This document shows, one piece after another, positions 12,819 to 23,763 of a DNA stretch of 64,000 nt. The notes under the pieces were generated by a model. The model was not told the origin of the DNA. It ran no database searches and saw only the letters and a list, made by a program, of their open reading frames with translations. Position 1 is the stretch's first letter. Each line of letters starts with the position of its first letter. The stretch covers positions 816,541 to 880,540 of the forward strand of contig NW_005434655.1 in the NCBI RefSeq assembly GCF_000315625.1. The letters run 5' to 3'. Source of the DNA: Guillardia theta CCMP2712 (lineage: Eukaryota; Protista; Cryptophyta). Position numbers and translations under genes: made by a program.

Positions 12819-15800
12819 ATGCGCGTTCATCCTTCAAGCGAGGAAGGAGCGGATTCAGTGAGTGATGCACTGCCCTCCTTCGCACCTGCGCACAGGTCGT
12901 GGGATGCGCGACCCATGTACAACAGGAGGGTCTCAGCAGACGCGCTCGTCACGGGCTTGGAGGACAGGAAGGCGAAAAATCGAGTGGTGAACGGAGCACA
13001 CAGAGCAAGGTCGAAGAGTGTTTATGATGCTGAGTCGGTCAAGAATGGGGTCAAGGAGCAGAGGAGGACAAGTTCGGACTCAAGAAGGCCAGGCTTCGCC
13101 GCGCATGAACTCTTCCAGAAGATTGAGAGCGAGCGTAAGTTCTGAGATCTGATGGTGTTCCCTTGGTAAGCTTTGATGGCGCAGGCGCAATACGGAGGAA
13201 TTCCTCCAACGTCGAATTGAACAAGGATCTGTCCATGAACGGGAAAGAAGATGGGGGGCAGGCAAAGAATGGAGGTGCTCCATCTCAAACCATGCCAGAA
13301 GAGAAGCTGGTCGTCAAAAAAGAGGGAGAGGTCGAGAGCGGTGGTGGGGATAGAGATTGGCGGAAGAACAGGGGGATTGTCGAGGACAGGATTGTGGCTC
13401 TCAGGAGATTTCTGACCTTGATCAGTGCCTCTAGTATCCTCTTCTCTTGCTTGCAGCACGAGATGATCATCCAGAACACCAATCCTCACTCTCTTGCCAT
13501 CAACACCCTCAAGATCCTCTGTCTCATCCTCGCCTTCGTCAGCGTCGGTGATGCTGCACTAGCTCGCGGATCCTCGGCTGACATGTTGTTTGACTGCAGT
13601 CACTCTGTACAGGATCTTCTACCTCAAGAAAATCTTCATCAGGATCCAGTTGCATCTGCGATCGCTGCATCGCCTGGATCTCAACGTCGCCCCTCTCAGC
13701 ATCGTGAAGGAACCCAAGTTCCTCCTGCAGACAGCCATCTTCCTCCTCCACGTCCCTCCCTTCGTCTCCTTCACCATCCCCGTCCAGTTCGGCCAGAACT
13801 TCATCCTGTACCAGATCGAGTCGGTCGGCGCTCTCTGGAGCACGACGAGGGTATTCCTCCTCTGGTCCTGCTTGCGCGACTTCGTCCTCCGATCGCTGCC
13901 CAAGAGACACACTGTCTCCAACTTCACCGAGATCGACCTGGGAAGCGCGTTTGCGGTCAAGACTATCATGCATGGTTACTATGCTGTGTTCTTCATCGCC
14001 ATGGTGTGGATAGTGAGTGTTCTGCTGGCGGCGTACTGGTTCAGAGCCGTTGAGGTCACAGCCTGTCAGTTCGCGTTCACGACAGACCCGCGATGTCTGC
14101 GGGTCAACGCGAGGATGTGGTGGAACGAGCAGGGGGAGTACGAGAAAGTGAATGACCTGTACATGCAAAATGCGATGTGGGCGATGTTCACGACGAGCAC
14201 GACAGTCGGTGAGGAGAAGAGAGGGGAGGAGTGGAAGGAGGAGGACGTAGAGATGCGATTGAGGAGGACGAGGACGACGGGGGGGAAGGAGGAGGTGGCG
14301 GAAGATGAGGAAGGGGGAGGAGTGTTTGGGGGGGGGAGGAACAGGGGAAGGAGGATGAGGTACGCTCGAGCTGACTGTGCTCCCTCCAGGATACGGGGAC
14401 GTGCTTGCAACGACTTCACTTGGACGCCTCGTGTCGATCTTCATGTCCATCATCGGGCTGTCCATGGTCGCCATGCTGACCGCGTCGCTAATGCAGAGAC
14501 TTCAATTCACGAACAAGGAGCAGACGGCGCTGCTCATGTTCGACAAGCTCTCCGCCCTCCACCACCTGGAGAGGCACGCGGCAGAGTTGCTGCAGGTGTG
14601 GTACAGGATCAGGCGGGAGCAGAAGCTGAATGCCAGCAAGAGAGAGAGCGCGAGGAGAGTACACTTGCAGCAGATCAAGGACGACTTCAAGAAGAAGAAG
14701 AAGGTAGCCCGCGCAGAGATGGAAGACTGCTTCTCCGACCAGGCCAAGATCGATCAGATCCACGAGCGCCTGAAAACCTTGTGCTCTTCCCTGCAAGAGA
14801 GGATGCAGAAATCTTCACCCCGCGGTAGCCTGAAGCGTCAGGGGTCCCACGATGGCTCCGTGGTCTCCTCAAGCTCCAGAAGGAGCAACGGTACCAATCC
14901 TCTTCCTCCTCCACCTGTTCCCCCTCCTCCTCCTCCCGAGGCTTTGTTGGTCTCGTCCTTCGCTCCCCGGGACTGGCGGCGGAGCCCTGTGAAGGTGGAC
15001 GAGCAGATCACCAGGAGCAGCAGGCTTGCTCTCCTCTTCGCCTCCCTGGGGACCCTCTTCGCGCTCCTGCAGAACGAGCTGATCTTCGCCGAGGAGGATC
15101 CTCATGATACTAGGATCAACGCGCTCAAGTTCGCCAACACTTGCTGCTCCGTCGTCTGTGTGGTGGGCTAGTGCTCCCCCTCTCCTCTCCCCCTGGTCTT
15201 TTTCATCTCTCTCGTATCCTCCATCTCGACCTCCTCCTCGTCATCGTCGTCATCATCCTCCACCTCTTCCACCTCCTCGACCTCGTCCTCGTTCGCTCTC
15301 TATCCCCGACCGGTTGCCGCTGACTTTCTCTGCAGGTCTTTCTTCATCGTATCTACGCGCACGAGATTCTCCTGCAGCGCATCATCGGGCACATCCAGCG
15401 AGGCCTCGAGCTGAGCACGCACGTCCCCGTCTCCTCCGTCTTTCACAGCAGCAAGTTCTGGACGGAAGCAGCCGTCTGCCTCCTCCACCTCCCTCCCTTC
15501 TTCACCTTCGAGATCGCCAGCATGATGATGGGCAACATCGTGGCCTACCGCGGGGAGACAGTCATGTGCTCTTTCAACATTCTCCGCGTCTACCTCGCAT
15601 GGCGCGTCTTTCGGCAGAAGCATCTCACCCACCTGCCCAACCGTCACACCATCGAGCTGTTCACACGCGTCAAGTTCAACTCCATCTTCGTGCTCAAGCT
15701 CATGCTCAACAGCTGGAACGCCGTCTTCTACCTCCTCCTCTGCGGCTTCCTCTTCGTCCTCCTCGTCGGCTACCTCTACCGCAACGCCGAGATCTCCTCC

Positions 15801-16722
15801 TGTCTCCTCGCCACCACCTCCCACCCCATGTGCCTCCTCCCCGAAGCCAGGAAGTGGAAGATTGCCGGCAATGAGTTCGACAAGACCAACGACTTCTTCC
15901 TCCTCAATGCGTGCTGGTTCATCTGGACCTCTGTCCTCCCTGGAGCAGGAGGCGGCAGCATGTGCTCCACCCACTTCAGCCGCTTCCTCGCCGCCATGGC
16001 GGCGCTCTACGGCATCCTGACCTCCTCCATCACGGCAGCGACGCTGGCGAACCTGTTCAACTACAGCACGGAGGAGAGCACAGCGCTGGGTATCATTTCC
16101 AGGGAGAAGTCGAGGGAGAGGGTCAGGGCGATCGCTGCCGACATCCTCATCCTCTGGTGGAAACGAGCGACCGGCCGTCCTCTCACCCGCAGGCAGAGGA
16201 ACCTGAATACCTCCAGCTTGAGGTGAACCCAGCTCTCTCCCCCCCTCCTTTCCTCTCTCTCCCCCTCCTTTCCTCTCTCGCTCCCCTCCTGTCCTGTCCT
16301 GTCCTGTCCTGTCCTGTCCTGCCCCCACCTCTCGCTTCCCCTCCCCTCTCCCTCCCTCTCCTCTCTCTTTCTCTCTGCTCTCATCTCCCACGTCCTGCTC
16401 TCCTTGTCGCTCGTATCAAGGGGATGACTATGTGCTGCAGGCAAGCCCTGAGGGAGGAGAAGATGCTGGTGAATGTCGAGCTGGAGGATGTTGCCAGCAG
16501 CAGCAGCAAAGTACAACAGGTAGGAGGAGGAGGAGGAGGAGGAGGAGGAGGAGGACGAGGAGGAGGAGGAGGAGGAGGAGGAGGAGGAGGACGAGGACGA
16601 GGACGAGGAGAAGGGCAAGGAAGGGGAGGAAGGCAAGACAGTGAGGTCTTTTTCTGACTGACTTGCTGTCTCTTGCTCAGATCTCCAAGAGGTTGAAGTA
16701 CATTGAGAGTTACTTGGAAAGG
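12819..16722 (+). CDS. Tandem two-domain small-conductance Ca2+-activated (SK/KCNN-like) K+ channel; 3' end runs into the gap
   Basis: Two homologous 6TM units (LQHEM...LLHVPPF and LQNEL...LLHLPPF). Pore 1 NAMWAMFTTSTTV|GYGD is split by intron 14209-14389. CaM-binding-like helices AAELLQVWYR and AADILILWWK. ORF 14377-15171 joins unit 1 to unit 2. Confidence 0.9.
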
Positions 16723-16885
16723 GTGAGCGAGGAGGACAAAAACGAGAACTCCTCCTGATGTTCTCTGCTCCTGCTCCTGCTCCTGCTCCTGCTACTGCTC
16801 CTGCTGCTGCTCCTCTGCTGCTGCTCGTGCTCCTAGCTCCGATTAGTAGATGGAGTTTGCAGCCTCTCGTCCACTTCGACGTCTC

Positions 16886-17884
16886 NNNNNNNNNNNNNNN
16901 NNNNNNNNNNNNNNNNNNNNNNNNNNNNNNNNNNNNNNNNNNNNNNNNNNNNNNNNNNNNNNNNNNNNNNNNNNNNNNNNNNNNNNNNNNNNNNNNNNNN
17001 NNNNNNNNNNNNNNNNNNNNNNNNNNNNNNNNNNNNNNNNNNNNNNNNNNNNNNNNNNNNNNNNNNNNNNNNNNNNNNNNNNNNNNNNNNNNNNNNNNNN
17101 NNNNNNNNNNNNNNNNNNNNNNNNNNNNNNNNNNNNNNNNNNNNNNNNNNNNNNNNNNNNNNNNNNNNNNNNNNNNNNNNNNNNNNNNNNNNNNNNNNNN
17201 NNNNNNNNNNNNNNNNNNNNNNNNNNNNNNNNNNNNNNNNNNNNNNNNNNNNNNNNNNNNNNNNNNNNNNNNNNNNNNNNNNNNNNNNNNNNNNNNNNNN
17301 NNNNNNNNNNNNNNNNNNNNNNNNNNNNNNNNNNNNNNNNNNNNNNNNNNNNNNNNNNNNNNNNNNNNNNNNNNNNNNNNNNNNNNNNNNNNNNNNNNNN
17401 NNNNNNNNNNNNNNNNNNNNNNNNNNNNNNNNNNNNNNNNNNNNNNNNNNNNNNNNNNNNNNNNNNNNNNNNNNNNNNNNNNNNNNNNNNNNNNNNNNNN
17501 NNNNNNNNNNNNNNNNNNNNNNNNNNNNNNNNNNNNNNNNNNNNNNNNNNNNNNNNNNNNNNNNNNNNNNNNNNNNNNNNNNNNNNNNNNNNNNNNNNNN
17601 NNNNNNNNNNNNNNNNNNNNNNNNNNNNNNNNNNNNNNNNNNNNNNNNNNNNNNNNNNNNNNNNNNNNNNNNNNNNNNNNNNNNNNNNNNNNNNNNNNNN
17701 NNNNNNNNNNNNNNNNNNNNNNNNNNNNNNNNNNNNNNNNNNNNNNNNNNNNNNNNNNNNNNNNNNNNNNNNNNNNNNNNNNNNNNNNNNNNNNNNNNNN
17801 NNNNNNNNNNNNNNNNNNNNNNNNNNNNNNNNNNNNNNNNNNNNNNNNNNNNNNNNNNNNNNNNNNNNNNNNNNNNNNNNNNNN
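16886..17884. other. Assembly gap (~1 kb of N); other gaps at 1744-1843, 3318-3417, 23206-23305, 40616-40715, 44431-44530
   Basis: N runs, most flanked by microsatellites. Confidence 1.
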
Positions 17885-20800
17885 TTTTACTCCTCGAACA
17901 TATGATTCTGGAAGTCCGTCCCTGCCAACCAGCCCGTCAAGTCCTCCTGTCTTCTTCACCTCCTCCTCCCTCTCCTCCTCCCCCGCTTCCTTCCGCCCTC
18001 CCTCTCTCCTCCTCCCTCCTCTCCTCCCTCTCCTCCTCCCCCTCTCCTTCTCTTTGCCTTCCTTCCACTCATCTTCCCCCTATCTGCTTTCCTTTCCCCT
18101 TCCTGCCCTTCTCCTCCCTCGCCTCTTCCTCCCACTCCTCCCGCTACTCTCAACCCGCTCTCCTCACCGTCTATCTCGTCGTCTCCATAAAGATATTCCT
18201 TCACCAGCCAGTGGGGACGATGAGGCTGAAACATCCAGTGAGAAGGGAGGAGGAGGAGGCAGAAGGAGGAGGAGGAGGAGGAGGAGGAGGAAGGAGGCTG
18301 ATCTATTGCATGATAGATGGGAAGCGAAAGAGATGATGTTGAGAAGGAACGACGGAGGAGAGAGAAGGGATGGATTGACGGCAGGGGGCTAAAAGAGGAG
18401 GAGAGAGGAGGGAGGAGGGAGGAGGGAGGAGGGAGGAGGGAGGAATCACTTTCTACCTGAACAACATAATCGGTGACCAGAGACCTTGCGTACTCCTCCT
18501 CGTCGCTGCTGGAGTACCTGGAGGAGGTGGAAGGTAAGCAAGAGAGAGGGAGGGGGGAAGGACGGGAGGGAGGGAGGGAGGGAGGAAGGATGAGGGAGGG
18601 AGGGAGGGGCAGTTGCTCATACTTCGCCTTCCCATCTGAGAAAGAATCGTCGGGGATGTTACCCAAGTCAAGATCCTCGTCATCATCCACCAGCCCCAGC
18701 CGCAGCCTGTTCCTCTGCTTCCTCGACCTCCCCAGGTGCTGCGAGCCCGGCAGGTCCCGCACGTCGAAGGATGCGTCCCTGTGGTGATCTGGGCCCAGCA
18801 GCTGCTCGTGACCCTTCCATGCTCTCTTGCAGTACTTGTCATACAGCCTCTCCCCCGGACGATCCTTCTCCTTCCTCTCCTCCCTCTCCAGCACCCCGTA
18901 GCCGAAGAAGAGGTCGAGCTTCAGCGGAGGAGGAGGAGGAACGACCCCTTCGCTGACCTTCCACTGCTCAATCAGCTGGTCCTCCTTCACCCGCGTGATG
19001 GGGCTGAACGGAGAGCCGAATCTCTTTATCTTGTTCGCTATCCTCTGCTCGCACCCGAACGCCAGGTTGTGAAACAATCCCGACGCTACTTGTATCCTCC
19101 TTCCGAACATCCCTACGACTGGCACCGCCACCATGCAGTTCCCATGGTTCCCCTGCCCCGTCTGTCCCATGTCGCTGCTTCCCATCACTCGTACTTGCCC
19201 GTCAGTGGTGACCACCAGTGAGTGCTCCGACCCGCATGCGATGTCGACGGCGCGGTCGAGCACAGTCTCGTCCTCAAGACCCGCAACGAAGGCCAGCTCC
19301 TCGGGCAGGAGGTGGTCCGTCTCTGATCCCTCCGACCACCTCAGCCCCAGCTGCCCCAGCTGGTTCTTGCCGAACCCGAACAGGGTCCCGTTGGTGAGCA
19401 GGACGAGAGTGTGTTCGTCCCCGCATGCGATTTTTCTGATCTCGCAGCCGTCAAAGAAGCTGACCCTCGTCATCCTCCTCCTGTCCTCCTTGTCCCCTAG
19501 CCCCAACTGCCCGTTGCTGTTGCTCCCACACGCGTACAGTCTCCCTCCTTCCGTCGCAATCATGCAATGCAGCGACCCGCACGCCACCACTGTCGCTCTC
19601 GCCGCGCCTCCTTGCTCCTCTGGCAGCTCGATCACTCGAGGTTCGCAGAACATATCATAACCCTCTTTACACCCGCCCGCCCCTTCCACCACCTGTATCC
19701 CCATCCCCAGCTGCCCCTTTCTGTCCCATCCCCATCCCACCACCTTCCCTCCCTCCAGGATCGCGAGCGAGAAGTCCCATCCCGCGGCGACGCACAGCAC
19801 GTTCTCTCCGCTGAGCGCTGGCACCAAGCAGGGCGACCGATCGCTCATCCTTAAGTCCGTGCCTCCCCTGCCCAGCTGCCCGACCTCGTTGGCTCCAGCA
19901 GAGAAGAGCATCCCCCTCCCTGTCCCCTCCTCCTCCACCAGGAACAGCGTGTGGAAGAGCCCGACAGCGATCTGAAGGATGCTCGCCCCGTCCAACCCAC
20001 GGACGCGGCAAGGAGCCGGCACGTCGTCGGGATCCACATCGCAGACACTCTTCATCTCCTGCACCACCTCCTTCCACCTGCTCCCCAGCATTTCCCTCGC
20101 CTCCTCCTCGTTCAACTCGTCCAGGGGAGACTGTCCCGAGGCCTCGTGCCTCAGCCCCAGCCCCAGCTGCCCGAACTTGTTCGACCCGAACGCCAGCACG
20201 ACGTTGGGATTGTGCAGGCAGACGAAACTCTGCATGCCTCCTGCGTAGATGGCAGAGATCCTGCCATGAAAGGGAGTACCTGCTCTGAAAAGGGGATGTG
20301 AGATCGCAAAAGTCTGTTCAGCCTCATAGGGCAGTCCCAGCTGTTTGTCCAGGTTGCTTCCCCACAAGAGCAGCTGCTCCTGACACTCTCTCATCTCCTC
20401 TGCTGACTGTGGGTGATGAATGTTTCTCCGCACATACGCTGCGTTCCTCTTCCTTGCCAGGTATTCGATTTCAACCTGCCAACACACCCTGAGTGAGAGC
20501 AGGGCAGGAGGAGGGAGAGGAGAGGAGAGGAGAGGAGAGGAGAAGGGAGGGGAAGGGAAGATGGGAGGAGGGAAGGGGAGGGAAGGGGTGGGGAGGGGTG
20601 GAGGAGAACTCAGAGGACCAGGTGAGAAGACAAGGGTTGAGGGGCAGGAGGACAAGGAGGAGGTGGTCTGACCATCTCCAAGACAGGGGGGAGGGTGTCG
20701 GGGATGTAGGTCATGTCAACGACGTAACCGTAGTCAGGTCGCTTCTGTATGTAGCAAGGCATCTCCACCGGCCCGTCGCCTACCCATGGATCGATTTCTG

Positions 20801-22403
20801 ACTCCCCGTCCACGTAACGCTCCCTCGCTGCCTCCCTCCAGGGCTCCTCGACTCGCTTCTGGGTCTTGAAGTAGTCCATGTTCGGCATGTTCTGGTGCTT
20901 CAGATTCACTGGGATGTGGAAACCCTCGACCTCGATGCTCTTGTCCTTGCCTTGAATACTCTGAGAGATGTTGTACATGAACTCCTGCTCCTGTCTCGCC
21001 TCCTCCTCCCTCTCCAACTTCTTCGCATGGGCCATACTCACTGACCGCCGGTACTCACGGGACTCTTCGTCCGCCTCGTCATCCTCCGGGACTCTCTTGT
21101 CCAGCCCCGTCGATCGGATCAACTCCGGTATATGCCGTCTCTGCCACTCTGCCATCCTCGTGTCGTTGTACTTGAGGAACACTGAGCATCTGGACTCGAC
21201 CATGTCGATCAGCTGCCTCGCCATCGTGTGCAGGACCCTCCAGTGTTTCGTCACTTGCGCAAAGGTTCGCAGCTGCTCGAGCTCTGGGGAATTGCTCTCA
21301 TTGAACGAGTGCTCCTTCAGCAAGTTCTCCTTGCACATGAGCACCGGGTTCACTCGCTTGTACCGCTTCGGCAGCATCCTCCCATACTGATCGCGGTCCT
21401 CAAACCCTGCAGCAGAATCTTCCGAAGCGGGGAGGTCGAGGTCGTCGAGACAAGCTTGCAGTGGGTCATCTGTGCTCTCGTCCTCCTCCTTCCGCATCTG
21501 CGCTATCCTCTGCTTCAACGCTGCTTCCTCTGACCGACAGTTCTCACGCTTCGCCACCTCCATGCAAATCTTCCTCGCAGTCTCTCTTTGCGGCAGGTTC
21601 TCCCCGCCCACGTCCTCCAACAGCTCGAGGAAGACCTCTGCTCCTCTCCTCTTGACGTCAATCGTTCCTTGACTCCTCGCCGCATCCTCCTGCTCTTGAG
21701 CAAACTTGTCCGCCCCCGGCCCATGCCACTGGTCCAACGACACAAGATCCTCCGGCCGTCCAATCAGCCCAGGAATCTGTCGCACATCCTCCCCCCACTG
21801 CAGCGGTCGCACACCAGGGCCCCTCCTTTCGCTGGTCTGTAAGGAGTTGAAGAAGTCTGCATTCTCTTCCAAGATCAGCTGATCCTGCTCTTTGAGCCTT
21901 TTATCATAGATGGGGATCCGGATCGCGGGTGGACCTTTGGCAGGGTCGTCCTCGATGCTATCAACCTCATAGATCCCTCCAGGAGCGTACTTGGGCTCCT
22001 CCTCCTCCTCCTGCGCTAGGTTCTCGTCGCCAACCATGCTCCCCGTCCTCAATATCTGCTCGGAGATGACCTGATGCAGTTCTGCCTCGGTATCCTCCAC
22101 CATCTCCTTCTTGGTCTTGCGGTGCTTCTTCATCAGCGTCTTCTCACGGCTCATCCTTGCCTTCCTCTCCTCCTGCCCCTGAATCATCTTCATCTCCACC
22201 TGACTGCTGTACGACCCGAATGCCCTCGAACCACCTCGGATCCTTTGCAGCGGCGGAAGCGACGAGAGGAGAACTTTTGTGAAATCTCCTCTGCAGCTGT
22301 GAACCTTCTCCTCAACTGTCAAGGAATGTGCGATGGAGGAAGGATGAAAGCACATTTGTAGAAAGAGGAGGAGAAACAAGGTCAAGAATGTGGCAGGCTT
22401 CAT
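17885..22403 (-). CDS. RCC1-repeat (beta-propeller) protein with N-terminal signal peptide + LQRIRGG leader
   Basis: Multiple RCC1 repeats (FGSNKFGQLGLG, IAVGLFHTLFL, VACGSLHCM, IACGDEHTLVL, IACGSEHSLVV). ATG at 22403 with hydrophobic MKPATFLTLFLLLFLQ. Intron at ~20476-20671. Confidence 0.88.
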
Positions 22404-23763
22404 CGTTGCTTGCCCCTTGTGTGCTCTGTCATGCCTCCCGCACTCCCAACGTGCTACTCATCTCGTCCAGCCAAATCCCTGTGGGCTCTTCCATGAGAGA
22501 GTGATTTGTAATGCACGCTACTTTCTAATTGATGACATCTGGTACGCAACTGCTCCTCTCCAACAACGTTTTCACTCCTCTACCGCAATCCCATTCTTCT
22601 TTGATTCCACCTGCAAACAGAACTTGGTTCAACAAGAGGAAGACAGATTACAGGCATGTGTCTCAGTTTCTCCATTCTGAACTTCCATCCCTTTCGGAAC
22701 CCTGCTTCGCATCTCGTTCCGACCTCCTCCTCCTCCTCCTCTCTTCCACAACACAATTGATCCGGATTCTACACCATTCGGTCGTTCCGTCTTCCCCTAT
22801 CCGGGCTCCTTTGGTCCTCCCATTCTTTCGACTCCATTTCTAATGTTCACTCCCTATCTCTCCACCTTCGAAAACAATATTTATGATTAACTTTCGATTC
22901 ATGTGCATCTGTCGACGACTTCCTCCCTCTTCCCTTGCTCCGTTCTACTCCAAACCTAAATCATTTCCTGATCTCCCGTCAAACTTTCTCTTCTTCTCCT
23001 CTCTACTTTTCTTCTCATAACCTCCTCCTCCTCCTCCACCACCACCACGAGGTGGTATTTTTCAATATTGGGGGGTTGGGGGGGGGGGGGGGGGGCTGGC
23101 TGCTTTACGGGGTTAGTGGGGGGGTGGGGGGGAGGTGGGGTGGGGTGGGGTGGGGGGGGGGGGGGTTTGGGGGGCGGCGAAACACAGAAAATACTAAAAA
23201 AGCAANNNNNNNNNNNNNNNNNNNNNNNNNNNNNNNNNNNNNNNNNNNNNNNNNNNNNNNNNNNNNNNNNNNNNNNNNNNNNNNNNNNNNNNNNNNNNNN
23301 NNNNNCATAATCAAAGGGGTACTAAATAGAGGATATCACAGACCAAATAGGGGTACTAGGAAATCTTAGCTGAGTGGGTAGGGGTACCGTTTAGTGCGAT
23401 CATATGGGAAAGAAGGGAAGAAATGCAGGGATGGTTGTCAGGGAGGGAAAGGAAGGGAAGTGAAGAGGATGGGGAGGAATCGAGAGGAGGAAGAGGAGAG
23501 GATGGAAGCGTATGAAGAAGAAGAAGAGTAGCTGAGAAGGAGGGGAGCATGAGGATGAGGGGAGAGGAGAAGGGGAGGGAACGAAGGGAAGAATGAGGAA
23601 AGGTCGGAAGTGAAATGGAGACAAGAGGGAAGAGGAGAAGAGCGAAGAGGAGGATAACGAGGGATCTTACAATGGATAGGAGCAAAGATGAAACAAGAGC
23701 GAAGATCGTAATGAGCATTGAAAGAAAGCAAAGACAAGGAGGGTTGACGGTGAGAGTACAAGC

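Noticed and set aside
16061-18392. Long ORFs spanning the N run
   Set aside because: Artefacts of the assembly gap.
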